Shown here: piece by piece, positions 13,298 to 37,855 of the stretch
How the letters are laid out: each line of letters opens with the position of its first letter
Position numbering within the stretch: position 1 is the stretch's first letter
Origin: the human T2T-CHM13v2.0 reference genome, Homo sapiens
NCBI RefSeq assembly: GCF_009914755.1
Contig: NC_060926.1
Length of the DNA stretch: 64,000 nt
Reading direction: 5' to 3' (one strand)
Program-made: the position numbers and the translations under genes
Notes under the pieces: model-generated
What the model was told of the DNA's origin: nothing
What the model saw: the letters and a program-made list of their open reading frames with translations, nothing else
Database searches by the model: none

Positions 13298-14526
13298 GCA
13301 AGTGCGAGCCGCGGTTTACCCTCTCTCCTAACTCCCTACCTGGCCCGGTTGGGGCCCGGGACGCAGGCTGTGCTAGGCCAAGAGCAACCGTAGCCCGCCG
13401 GAAGCGCCCAGTCCCGGCTCCGCGCCGGGAGATTTTCCTCGTCACCTCGGCCTCCTCGGTCCGACGGCCCGCGTGTCCCTGCTCTCCCCGAGCCCGGCTA
13501 GTCCCTGGCAAGCCTTCTCTGCCTCCCCGCGGTGCCGCGTGCTCCTTTCCCGCCACCCCGGCTTCTTACCCGTAGAGTTTCCTCCGCGCGAAGAGGAAAA
13601 CGGGCGTCTCCGGCTTGCGTGCGGCCTCACCTCAGCGTGAGAAGGAGGGAAAGAACGACTCAGCCAAGTGTCCCAAGGAGGAGCCGGCTAGGGAGGGGAA
13701 AAGGAGATTGCCTCTTTTCCAGGATAGGAATTAATCATGGAGAATTTTATAAATCTCTTTGTGGCCTTTACGCGTGCCACGGCCACATCAAAACTTAGTT
13801 ATTTCTAGTAGCAACTGACGATTGGGAGCTCTTACCTTTTGGAGTCCCTTCTATCCCATTGAAAGTGTGCGGGTGGTGGTATAAAAATGTTTCAGCTGCT
13901 CTGCGCTTCAGCCCCACCCATAATGACATCTGCTCCACAACAAGACCGAGGATTATATTATCTCCAAAGTAACCATCGGCCTATTTTTATGCCTACTTTG
14001 GTTATTGAAGGTGGGCTTTTGGATGATTTACTGTGTCCATGAAATTCTCAACTTGAGCGGGGCCTCCATTGGGAAGACGTTTCTAATCCTGGCTGAGTTT
14101 ACGCCTGTCACTGAGTTATTCATGCACCCTGCCCTTTCAATAGATACTATTCCTATAAAATGAAATTTAGAAGTTTGTATATATTTGTTTTGGTGTGCAT
14201 ATTGATCATTCCCTCAGTTTTTCCAGGAGCCCTTAAACAAAATAGGTAATGAGTTAATTTTTTTATATTTTTGAAAGCATCTTTTAAAATATAAATGTTA
14301 ATATATATTTTTTAATTTAAGATTTAGAAATATTACAAATGTAAAATCAGCCTGTCCAAAAAAAATTTTTTTTAAAACAGTACTGCTCCTTGCGGAGCAG
14401 GGCTAATTCATAGGCAGTGGGCCCAGGGTCAGACTCAAATTTTTAATTAAACTGTTCTTAGGGGGTTTTGCACATTTAGTGATGTATGAAATACTGAAAG
14501 GTATCCTTTTCTGTACTTTTTTTTTG

Positions 14527-15712
<1,186 letters not shown>

Positions 15713-16689
15713 CCTAACTACTCTTTTTTAAGAAATCTTTCCCACCATCCCTTCAGTGTTCTTAATTTTTCTTTTTCTTTCTTTATTTTTATTATTTATT
15801 TATTTATTTTTTATTTTTTGCAAGTGAAAAACTCTCCTTTATCTCAGGTTCTGTCAGTTACATATATATAAAATCCTAAATTCTGATCCATTTTCTTTTT
15901 TAAGCATGCTGAATAAATCCACTACACTTCTACCAGTGAGAGTTAATCTCCAAGCTAATTAATTCACCCTCTTTTTAAAGTAAAATTTGTTGTAAAAAAT
16001 GGCATGCCAAAAAAATATACTTTTCAGTCAACTGCCTTGAGAATATGCTATTTTCTAACCACAAGACAATTTTTCTGAGTCTCAGCACAGGAAACCAAAC
16101 ATCCAGTAAGAGGTGGCCTGACATAAATAAGTACTAAAAGACTAGCATTAAAATATGTTTTATAAGATAGATTTTTTTTCTGGAATGACTTTCTAAAATT
16201 ATTTCTTGTACATTTCCTCCCCTTTCTCCTGTCTTTATTTTTTTAATGTTGTATATTATCCAAATTATGCCCCAGATTTAGATGAATCCTTCTTTCATGC
16301 TGATTCTGTTTTTTAGTCTCTTTTTCACTGCATCTTTTTCGTTGGCCTTAAATCCAAATAACTGCACATTTGACATGGATTTGAGGGCAGATATTTCTCT
16401 CATTAGTGTCATACCACCACTGACATAGTCCAGAATATAAATGTTATACATAAACATTTTCTTTGTTTATATAGTAACATTTGAAATATACTGTATGCTT
16501 ATACAGGCACTTCTCTTTTACTGCTTGATACCATGTTGTTTTGGGTCTTGGGAGAGGGGTTTTATTCAAATAAATAACTTTTGGATTACAGCTTGGGGTC
16601 AGTTTAGTTTCTCGAAGCTGATCTTTATAATGATGATCTCCAGCTTTAGAAAAAATAGTGCGCTGCTTTCTAAATCAAAGATTCACTCA

Positions 16690-17845
<1,156 letters not shown>

Positions 17846-18639
17846 GGCTAGAAAGAATCTTGAATATTATTTAGTTTGTACTTTCATGACACATATGTAT
17901 TCCTATTTATAGTGGGGAGAATGTAGCTAGTATTTGATTTGTAAAAACACTTTAATGACTAATCTTTTATATGTTGTATTTTTTTTTAACTCCAAAGGAA
18001 GTTCATGACCAATTGGCAAGTTAATGAGTGCAGGTGTTTTAAAATCTATGAGTTTAGAAGAAGCAAAAAATCACTTTATTCTAAGTGGTCCAGGAGGGTA
18101 CTGTTACCAGTATTGTACTCTTGAAATGTTGTCTTCTTTGTCCTCTCAAAATGGAAGTGTTGCTTAGGTGGCCAGAACAGTTAACTTAGGTTTAATGTGA
18201 CAAATACTGGAAAAGTGTTAGAAAGAGAATAATGGTATGCTAAGTAGATGGGAACTGGCAGATACGGCCTCTTGCAGCCAATAACCCAGGTGGTTGTCCG
18301 AAGAGCACCAATATGTTATAGTTAACTCCAGCAGATGAAAGAAGGAAGAATTGGGCAATAGATTCGTCTTGTTTTATCTCTTTTTCTAAATCCTATCCAA
18401 AGCTCCAAAAAGATATATGAAGCTAGTGTCATTTGAAAAAAAAAAAAAAATGAAAAAGCTCACCCCTCTAAAAAAAATGGCAATTATTTTTGAAGTGCAT
18501 TAGAGTTGTGGCACTAAAGACTGAAAACACCTGAGGTTGCATGCCAGCCTGTGACAGGAAGCTGTCATCTCAATGACTTCTGACAAAAGAATTAAACTAG
18601 ACTTGGTGATGGCTGGGCGAGAGACAACAAAAAATTGAG

Positions 18640-19180
18640 CTAGTGCCATTTCATACTGCAGACCAATTTTGAAGATTTAAAATGTAAATGCAGTCTAATA
18701 AAAATGTTAATGCACACACCCTTTGACCCAGCAAATCCATTTCTAGGATTTGGATATCCAAAAATGCTATCACATGTGCACAAGGATATGTGAGCAAGAT
18801 TATTGACCAAAGTCAATAATTGTAAAAACATTTTTCCATGAGAGGAAATGTGGTTAAACTGTGATTCATTCATGCCATAGAATACTATCCAACTTTTCAA
18901 AAACAATGCGGTGGATCTCTGTTTACTCAGTAGACCAAATAAAATCTTTAGCAAGAAAAGCAAGTTGCTGGATTAAACATAGCATATCCTACTTTTTTAA
19001 AAAAGTGTTTTAAATAAATGTTAGTGAGGTTTTAAATAATTCTTAAAAGAAAAAGCTGGAATGATGCACTCTTAAGAGTTACAGATTTTTACTCTCCGCA
19101 TTCATATTTCTGGAAGATCTGAATTTTCTACCATGAGCATTTATTTTTATAATCAGAGAAAAGCAATAAAGATTTAAAAT
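18640..19180 (+). mobile_element. Degenerate L1ME 3' fragment
   Basis: CCCTTTGACCCAGCAAATCCATTTCTAGGATTT…GGTTAAACTGTGATTCATTCAT…GAATACTAT. Confidence 0.55.
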
Positions 19181-19449
19181 GAAAGTGTAAATGGATAACT
19201 GTTACTTTGAGGTGGTGTCCTGCCTGTATTCCCCCTATTGGGCCAGCACCACCTTTCACCCACCTCCCTCATTGAATATTGAGGCTGAATATTGAATATT
19301 GAATATTGAATAGCTTTGATAGCTGTGTCCCAAACTCCTGCTGTTTTTGTGGAAGGAAAATAATTCTAATTCTACAGTTTTAGAGTGCAAATTGATTAAT
19401 GATTAATTTTGCAATTTTCCTTGCAAAATTTTAAGGAGGATTTTTGGTG

Positions 19450-21450
<2,001 letters not shown>

Positions 21451-22247
21451 GAGATGCTTTACCCCTTCGCCACTGCACCTGAGAACCTCAGCCCAGCTCA
21501 GCTGTGCTGGAGCCCTCCTCGAGGTGTGCTGTGGTTTTCCCTCCTGCTGTCATTTACCCCCTCACTGCTCCTCCTGATGGCAGCAAGTGCGCAAACATTC
21601 CCTTCCCTGCCCTACAGGTTAGGCCAGGTGTTTATAATAATAAACTGCATTATTCTTCTGTTCCTCATGTTTGACACACTTCAGAAAAATGATTCCCAAA
21701 CATTGTGTCTTGTGACACTCCAGGATCTGCCCAATTTAAGTTGTGAAATCCCTTTTAGTCAGAAATTTTTAATTTCTTTTAATTTTTTTAAGTGGCATAT
21801 GGCACTTTTCTGAGGAGAGGGATGGCATGATCCAAGTAAGGTGATTAAACTCTTAAAAATAACAGTATTCACTGTTTAGTTAGTCTAGTCAAGTGGCTCC
21901 TAAATCCTCATTTCAAAATCACATGACAGCTGGACATAGTTCCAGTATCACCTTTTCCCAGGTAAATTGTTCACTTGGTACCTGTGAGTGCCTGCTCAAT
22001 CTGGGCAGTTAATTTGGTCTCACCCTACAGTGACACAGATTTGCTTCATAATTATATGGGGCAGTAGAGCACTTAATTGGAAGTCACTGAGTCACGGATC
22101 CTTTCATTCCTCCTGCAGTCTGCAAGCTCTTGACCTGGGGCAAGGCACTTAATTTGTCTGAGCCCTATTTGCCTCATCAGCATAAGAAGGTTACTAGTCT
22201 AAGAGCTCACTAAGCTTTATCCCAACTCTAAAATGATGTTTCACGAC

Positions 22248-25640
<3,393 letters not shown>

Positions 25641-25983
25641 TAAATGTGCTGCTGAGTTTCTGCAACCATTTTATTCTAACCTCCTCTTTAGAAATATTTT
25701 AAACTAATAATCCAAAAGAAAATACCTGCACCCTCAAATGTGTTATATGCCACAGTTTAACGTCTTAACTTGTGCCTCCACAATCTGGATGAACATGTTT
25801 TGATGCACGCCACAGAGGAAAGCATCTGTCATCACTGAATATGGTAGAATTTCTTACAAATGTTTTATTGTTTGGGAAAGCTCAGCTCTGACCAACCCCC
25901 TGGATTTGTGCCTATACAAAGCAGGTATAATTGGAGCAGAGAGTAAGCCTGAAAATCATAAGAGTCTCAGATGCACCAGCTCA

Positions 25984-26196
<213 letters not shown>

Positions 26197-27938
26197 TCAA
26201 ATAAGTAAATAAATAAAAATAATAATAATAATATCGAGCTAGGGAGAGTATTAACACATAGTAATTTTCAATGCTTTTTTTCTGAATTTGGTATTTGATA
26301 AGGAGATAAGAATTTGGCAGATATTGTTAACGATTCAACTCTGAAACAGAAGTCTTCCTGTCCTTACATTAGTGGATCTTTTGGATCCTTGGAATTGAAG
26401 GGTATCCTAAAATCAGCAGCAAGAATCATTTTTTAAAAAATGGACTTCAGCTCATTCCGTTACCAAATGTTCAAGTATCTTCTGTGTATCAAGTGCTACC
26501 ATGTGCTGTGCCAAGCACTGAGGAGCAAAAGTATGTAGTCTGCCCTCATGGAGCTTACAGCCTAGTGGGAGATAGAGATACTGATCAGAAGGCCAGGTGC
26601 GGTGGCTCACCCCTGTAATCCCAGGACTTTGGGAGGCCAAGGCGGGTGGATTATTTGAGGTTATGAGTTCAAGATCAGCGTGGCCAACATGGCAAAACCC
26701 CGTCTCTACTAAAAATACAAAAATTAGCTGGGTGTGGTGGTGGACGCTTGTAATCCCAGCTACTTGGGAGGCTGAGGCAGAATGCTTGAACCGGGAGGCA
26801 GAGGTTGCAGTGAACCGAGGTCACGCACCATTGCACTCCAGCCTGGGCAACAAGAGTGAAACTCCGTCTCAAAAAACAAACAAACAAACAAAAAACTAAC
26901 TCATCCCCTCTCTTCCATTCTCACAGCACCTTCCTGTCTCTCCCCATCATGCTTCTATATTGCTGTGGCCAGAGTCACAGTTCTATCCTACAACTTCAAT
27001 CATTTTATTCTCCTGTGCAAAAATCCTTGGCTAATGAATCCCTATTACCTAGACCAGCAGTTTCCAAACTTTTTAAAACAGAACACTTTTATGAAGAAAA
27101 ATTCTTTACAGATTTTATCTGTATCTGTTTACAAATATCTATGTAAATTTATGCTTATCTATTAAAAGGGGCATTTTATAAAGATAGATTGTTTTATAAG
27201 TTCAGATTAATAATATTTACTTATGAAGTTAATGAGAACAAAGGAACTACTGTGATAAAAAGAAAACTTCAAGCTGGGCACGGTGGCTCACACTTGTAAT
27301 CCCAACACTTTGTGAGCCTGAGGCAGGAGAATCACTTGAGCCCAGGAGTTCGAGACTAACCTGGGCAACAAAGAGAGACCTTGTCTCTACAAAAAAAAAT
27401 TTAAAATGAGCCAAGCGTGGTGGCATGCAACTGTGGTCCCAGCTATCTGGAAGGCTGAGGCAAAAGGACGACTTCAGCCCAGAAGGATGAGGCTACAGCG
27501 AGTCGTGATTGTGCCACTGCACTCCAGCCTGGGTGACAGATCAAGACCTTGTCTCAAAAATAAAAAAGATTTGAGATGAAAACATTAGTGTTACTCAGCA
27601 TCAATACTAAATTTCTGCATTTTATTATAAAATTAAGCCTGATCCATGTAGCTGATCATAAATCTATTCTCCATATTACATCTAACATGAACTTCTAAAA
27701 TTGCAAATGTAATCACCAAACCTCACCACCTCTAAAACGCCCCTGACTATAGGTCATATCATTATTTTATATATAGCCCAGAAAGAAAACAATGCTAATT
27801 AAACTTCGATTTCAGCGATTTTGTAAGAAAAAAAGTGTCCCACAATCGTTGGAATATAGTGCGGCAACCACCTCACCTCCTTAAAAACCAATAATTGGGC
27901 TGGGCGCGGTGGCTCACGCTTGTAATCCCAGCACTTTA

Positions 27939-28178
<240 letters not shown>

Positions 28179-28498
28179 TCAAAAAAATAATAATAATTTA
28201 AAAAATAATAAAAACCAATAACTTTTCATCTTCTCAGTATCAGGACAAAGCTCCTACCGTATTCTACAAAGCCAGCATAGCCTGGCCTCTGCCTCGCCAC
28301 CCTGGCTCTCCCTGCTTCAGCAGTGTTGGCTTTTTTTCCACTCACCCAATCTTCCTGATCTCAAGTCAAGCTTCACATCCTCTGAGGAGCCTTTCCTGAC
28401 CTTCTTACCAAGGCCACACCCTGCATAACACACTGTAGAACACATGGGTTTCTCTCTCTTTTTTTTTAAGCAGACTCAGAAGGGAAAGGGTGTCTCTT

Positions 28499-28567
28499 CT
28501 TGCTCAGGGGCCATGCTAATCTCTGTATCGTTTCAATTTTTAGTATATGTGCTGGTGAAGCGAGCAC
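28499..28567 (-). pseudogene. 3'-truncated U6 snRNA retropseudogene (RNU6-type, tailless)
   Basis: The minus strand GTGCTCGCTTCACCAGCACATATACTAAAAATTGAAACGATACAGAGATTAGCATGGCCCCTGAGCAAG aligns to U6 nt 1-~70 with a few changes. Flanked by the direct repeat GGT(G/C)TCTCTTCTTG at 28489-28502 and 28569-28582. Confidence 0.9.
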
Positions 28568-28669
28568 AGGTCTCTCTTCTTGATAGCACTTACCATGGTG
28601 GACATCTTAGTTTTGCTTATATGTTTATCTGATCAGTATCTTTTGGTTTGTTTGTTTGTTTGTTTGTTT

Positions 28670-29954
<1,285 letters not shown>

Positions 29955-29996
29955 TGAGGTAAGATATACAATTTTTTTGCACATTTTCTTGCCCTA

Positions 29997-30650
<654 letters not shown>

Positions 30651-31172
30651 TAGTCCCAGCTACTTGGAGGAGAGGTGGGAGGATTGCTTAAGCCCGGGAG
30701 TCCAGGGTACAGTGTACCGGGACTGCGCCACTGCATTGCAGCCTGCTCCGCTGGAGTGAGACCCTGTCTCAAAAAAATATAAAAAAAAAAAGGCTAAGAA
30801 GCCATTGGCAACATTTTTAATGCTTTTACATTCTGCCTACTGTGTCAAACTAATTGTTCCCAATTAGTGGAGCTTGTTTAAGCTGTGACTAAAGGATGTT
30901 TTTATATAAGTGAAATAATTATTCCTAAATATGACTTTTAAACACGGATTTTGTTTAACCTTGTTTCTTTTTTGGAGGGTGGTTAGTAACACCAAGACTA
31001 CTTTATTGAAAGCGTAACTAAGAGCGATTGATGGATACGTAAAGACATAGTAGGCACATCCATGTAATAGTACCGCGGTGAGGAGCATTCAGGAGTGATT
31101 CTGCCGTAATGCTTAGGTGTGTATCTGATTTATGGAAGATAGGCTGTAGGCTGTATAACCCGTGTACATATA

Positions 31173-31585
31173 TGTTAGGGGCCGAATTATGTCTCCCCCC
31201 AAAAAGATAGTTGGAAGTCCTAACGCTGAGTACCACAGACTGTGACCTTATTTAGAAACAAGGTCATTGCAGATGAAATTAGTTAAAATGAGATCCTGCT
31301 AAAGTAGCATGGGCCCCTTATCCAATACTACTGGTGTCCTTATGTGAAGACAGACACACAGAAAGCCATGTGATGATGAAGGCAGAGATTGGAGGGATGC
31401 AGCAAAAATTGCCAAAGATTTTCAGCAAACTAGCAGAAGCTAAGAAGAGACTTCTTCCCCTTCAGAAGGAAGGAGCATGGCCTTAGTAACACCGCGATTT
31501 TGGACTTCTATCCCCAGAATCGTGAGAAATAAATTCGTGTTGTTTTAAGCCACCCCATTTGTGGTCCTTTGTTATGACAGTCCTG
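31173..31585 (+). mobile_element. MaLR LTR (MLT1B/C-like)
   Basis: TGTTAGGGGCCGAATTATGTCTCCCCC…GTGACCTTATTTAGAAA…AATAAATTCGTGTTGTTTTAAGCCACC. Confidence 0.8.
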
Positions 31586-31957
31586 AGTGTGTAAAGCTAT
31601 TTGTGGCCCACCTACTTGATTCGCCTAAATATGTTAGTGGGAAAATAGAGTTGCCTGGGTGTGTTGCTCGTTTCACACCTGTCCAAGCCTCCACCTGAGA
31701 TAAATCACCATCTGTTTGGCACAATCCCCCTGGCCTACTGCTTGCCACTGGACCAAAGATAGACACCTGACTCTAGCGCAGTGAATCTACCGACTGACCA
31801 GCAGCCATAGGACTTGGGTGGCCTGGTGTGGAAAGAGGAGCCCCTTCTTGAAAATGGGGACGAAGCCGGGCACGGTGGCTCACGCCTGTAATTCCAGCAC
31901 TTTGGGAGGCCGAGGCAGGCAGATCACGAGGTCAGGAGATCGAGACCATCCTGGCTA

Positions 31958-32351
<394 letters not shown>

Positions 32352-34509
32352 TTACTCTCACTCGAGGCTGCAAGTTGCCTCTCCACAATTAATCTCACCT
32401 TTTAGTAGAGAACCCAAATTTTCAGGCCTGGCGCGGTAGCTCACACCTGCAATCCCAGCACTTTGGGAGGCCGAGGCAGGTGGATCACTTGAGGTCATGA
32501 GCTCAAGACCAGCTTGGCCAACATGGCGAAACCCTGTCTCTACTAAAATACAAAAATTGGCCGGGTGTGGTGGCGCATGCCTATAATCCCAGCTACTCAG
32601 GAGGCCAAGGCAGGAGAATTGCTTGAACCCAGGAGGCGGAGGTTGCAGTCAGCTGAGATTATGCCACTGCACTCCAGCCTGGGTGACAGAGCAAGGCTCA
32701 GTCTAAAAAGAAAAAAAAAAAATTTAGATGGGCTTAATGCTTCCCAGTAAGACTGCGTGTCCTAACCTCCCTGGCAGCTAAGTGTGACCTTGAAGCTAAG
32801 TATTAACTAAGGACTTTTAGGAGGTTTCTTTAAAGGGAGGTGGAATAGGGCTGGGCCTCTTTGTCTGGCTACTTAGAAATAAAATCAAGGGTGAGAGGTA
32901 AAATGGGTAATAGGAGGCAGCGTCCTTCCCCCACGCACCACAACCCTGTGCTGGAGCTCCCAAGAGCACATGGCATAGCAGTGCATTCTGCCATTCCGCT
33001 GTGTACCACCCTCTGTCCTGTCTTCCCTTTCCCTTTCTCTTCAGTTCTTCATTCTGTTTCCTTTTATTTCTTTTCCTTCTTGTGTGTCTTTACCTACCCT
33101 GCATAAAAATGCTGGTTAGGACCTTTGGGTTCCTCATTCTGGTTACCTGTTGGAGTGAGTCTGTATCCTGAGAAATTCATGGAGATCACCATGATTAGAA
33201 GTCATGGCTGCTGAGCCAAGCATCATAGACTTGAGGCCTAGCAGCTTCCAGGGGCTCCAGGACCATCAGGTGGGAAGGCCCTGGGGGGGTCCAGGACAGC
33301 TCCAGCCTAGCTCCACAGGGGCAGAAGTGTACCAGTGCCTACTTGCTGCTCCACCACAGGCTAGGCCACTTGTCTCCCACCACGTCTCTGGGTTTACGCG
33401 TCCCTCGACTTTTGCTGCCCATACCAAAGGCTCAGTTCTGAGCCTCAAGTTCCATTTCCTCTCACGAGAGGATGTGACGCTCTCATTCAGCCACTCTGCC
33501 CTGTTTGGGAGCTTTTTCCCACAGTCAAGCCGGTCTATTGCCCATCCTTGGATCATGTGGTAGGAGCTGATGTTTTTACCACCCGCCTCTGTCCATCTTC
33601 TTGTGGTTACAGTGCCCTGGTTTTCCACAGGAAAGCCATGCCTCCCTCACCCTTATTTTGTATGGTCCAAATAGTCTCATATGGATCCACCATCCTCAGT
33701 GTCTAGTAATGCAGAGATGGGTCCACTCCCCAATCCAAGCCAATGAGATGCTTAAGAAAGGCGCACTTCCTTTATCCCTGAACTTGGTTGTAGTGATGTT
33801 AACCAGGGTCCAGCAGTCATGCTGTCAGCACCAGAGACAACCTACCTACAGATGCAGCCAATGTGGAGGGACAGGAGCCAATAGGTGAAAGAGAGGTGGG
33901 GCCTCTGTGGCACTGTTTGAGCCTCCACAGCCAGCTAGGCATTACCGCTAGGTAAGTCAATAGGCCTCTTTTCTTTGCTCAAATCAGGTTAAGAGGGTTT
34001 TCCATCACCTGTAACTGAAAATGTCCTAACTGGTCCAGGTCAGGTGGCCACCCTGGTCCAATCAGCAGTGGCTGGAGTAGCAGGCCAGATGTCACTTGCA
34101 GAACAAAGTGTGCTCAAGTCAGCCCTTGAAATGGGGCTGTGGGACGGGCAGTGTGAAGCTGAGTCTTTCCACTATAAATAAGGCTGTGCAAGGCCAAGTT
34201 AATAGATGTTTGGAGTTCATAAATCATGGTGGCTGTGGTTATCAAATTAAAAAAAAAAAATCAAACCAAAACCACCAGTAGCCTCAAAAAGCACATGATT
34301 GGAAATGTGAGAGGCTGTCAGGAGCCCTGGCCCGTGGGCAACCTTGCTGGAAGTGCTGTGACCATGTGTGTGTTTGAACCTGGACAAACCACTGATGTAG
34401 ACATCTCCCCAGATCCATTCCTCAAAACTCCCTGAAGTGATTAGATATTGAATCCCATGCCTAAGACAGAGTAGCAGTGTCTGTTTGCTGAATGAGATTC
34501 TTCCCCCAA

Positions 34510-34892
34510 ATATGGTTTGGATTTGTGTCCTTGCCCCCATCTCAGTTCAAATTGTAATCCCAGTGTTGGAGGAGGGGCTTGGTGGGAGGTGATTAGATCA
34601 TGGGGGCGGACTTCCCTCTTGCTGTTGTTGTGATAGTGAGTGAGTTCTCATGAGATCTGGTTGTTTAAAAGTGTGCAGCACCTCCCCCTTCTCTCTGTCT
34701 TCCTCCTCTGGCCACGTAAGACGGGGCCAGCTTCCCCTTCACCTTCCATCATGATTGTTAAGTTTCCAGAGGCCTCCCCAGCCATGCTTCCTGTACAGCC
34801 TGTGGAACTGTGAATCAGTTAAAGCCTCTTTTCTTTATAAATTACCCAGGTTCAGGTAGTTCTTTATAGCAATGCAAGAACAGGCTAATACA
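34510..34892 (+). mobile_element. MaLR solo LTR (MSTA-like)
   Basis: Starts TATGGTTTGGATTTGTGTCC…GGTGGGAGGTGATTAGATCATGGGGG and ends TCTTTATAGCAATGCAAGAACAGGCTAATACA. Confidence 0.85.
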
Positions 34893-35249
34893 CCACCCTT
34901 CTCAAAGACTGCCACTTCTATATTCTGTATTTTAGGAGTCAGCACTATTTGAGGAATTGAAATGAAACCTAAGGTAAAATAAAGCTAGCAAACAAAGGAG
35001 AGATTTGTGTAGACAGCCTAGACAAGTTTACATTCCGCATTAAACACTTGGATTTATTTAACAGTTTCATTTTTGACTTTACAGTTGTTTAATAAATATT
35101 ACGGCATTCCAGCTAGGAAGATAGTATCACCCCTTTAAACATGAGAAAATCAAATGAATGGCTTAAGGCAAAAAATTCTTTTATTAGTACCCAAAAGTGT
35201 AGACTTTGTTATTACTTTAAATTTAGAAAAGTAAATTTTCAATAGTTAG

Positions 35250-35462
<213 letters not shown>

Positions 35463-35969
35463 TAGTAGAGACGGGGTTTCACCATGTTAGCCAGGATGGT
35501 CTCAATCTCCTGACCTCGTGATCCACCCACCTCGGACTCCCAAAGTGCTGGGATTACAGGCGTGAGCCACCACACCCAGCCCCAAAACTGATATTTTTGT
35601 GTGAACTAATAAATAATTTAGTTAGGTTTATTTAGAAAATAAACTTTAAGGATTTAGGGATTTGCAAACTTCAGTTTGAAATAGGTTTAGACAGCTAAAG
35701 ATCTTTGGATTTTGTAAAGAGAAAATTAATTGAAGAAAGAATTTAAGGTAAATATGATTTATGACTATTCTGTTTTAGATGTGAAGCGGTAAACAATATT
35801 GGGCCACAGATTGGGAGTAGAGTGGGGGAAGGAAGACAGGAAGACAGCAGTGAGGTAAAGGAGAGTTTGTAAGTCATTCATAACCAACACTACCCATTTA
35901 GCATGATAGTTATGAATATACCAAGGCCTTTTAGACCACTCTGAAATGCACATTGACCCTCTCTTTTAA

Positions 35970-36289
<320 letters not shown>

Positions 36290-36386
36290 TGACCTAAATC
36301 ATGAATTTCTCCCTTAATTTGTGCAAAATTTAGTGTACCTGGATTTCCTTCTGTGTTCTTCTCTATCCTTAAGATTTTTCAGTTCA

Positions 36387-36928
<542 letters not shown>

Positions 36929-37636
36929 CTAAGCCTCTGCAGCATAGTTTATGCTCGTCCTACCCCCTTGTAAAAATTATCTTTTCAACTCGCCCATTGT
37001 CACCTCTATCCTTCATTCAGCCTTTGCTTATGCTACTCCTCCACTTGGAACACGCTTTCCCCAATCTTTGCCTAGTCATTCATCCTGTTAGATCTGCCTG
37101 CATCTCTGCCAAGAATCCCCTTAACTTGGCCTTTTTCAGGAGTGAGTTTGAGGAGAAAGCTTAGGAAATAATAAGCCAAATTTTTGTGTCTTAAACATCC
37201 AGTTAACTCTGGATAGTGACAGCCAACAACATGGAGTCATAAAAGCAAAGGTAAAAACTTGAATAAGCAACAAGACATTGAAGAAAATATCTCGACATGA
37301 TCAGCAACAGGCAACATCAGTTTCTTAGCATCTCTTAAAGACTGATAGAGGAGAGACAATTTCTTTTCTAGCAAACAAGAGATGGTGAATGGAAATTAGC
37401 CTCTTCTAATGTAAGCTGTGTAGACTAAACACTGTAAGAGCCTAATGTTCAGCGTGCACATGGTCATGAATCCAGCTTTTAGTACAATGCCAAGCACAGT
37501 GTGAACTCAGTACATATTTGTTGCATTAATAAATATTAGTCCTATTTGCTGTTGGATTAAAAGCAAGTATAGAAGTCAGGCGCTGTGGCTCATGCCTATA
37601 ATCCTAGCACTTTGGGAGGCTGAGGCTAGTGGATCA

Positions 37637-37855
<219 letters not shown>

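Larger units (their letters stand above)
11800..13700. promoter_or_regulatory. CpG island / bidirectional promoter
   Basis: Very high GC and CpG density against an AT-rich, CpG-depleted background. Contains two divergent first exons, a GC box and ETS and YY1 motifs. Confidence 0.93.

Noticed and set aside
13298-13393. C-terminal half of the 63-aa ORF 13202..13393
   Set aside because: It is intronic read-through past the GC donor; similarity to FBXO36 stops at Q32.
19271-19311. (TTGAATA)n short tandem repeat
   Set aside because: About five imperfect copies; an ordinary slippage product with no functional evidence.
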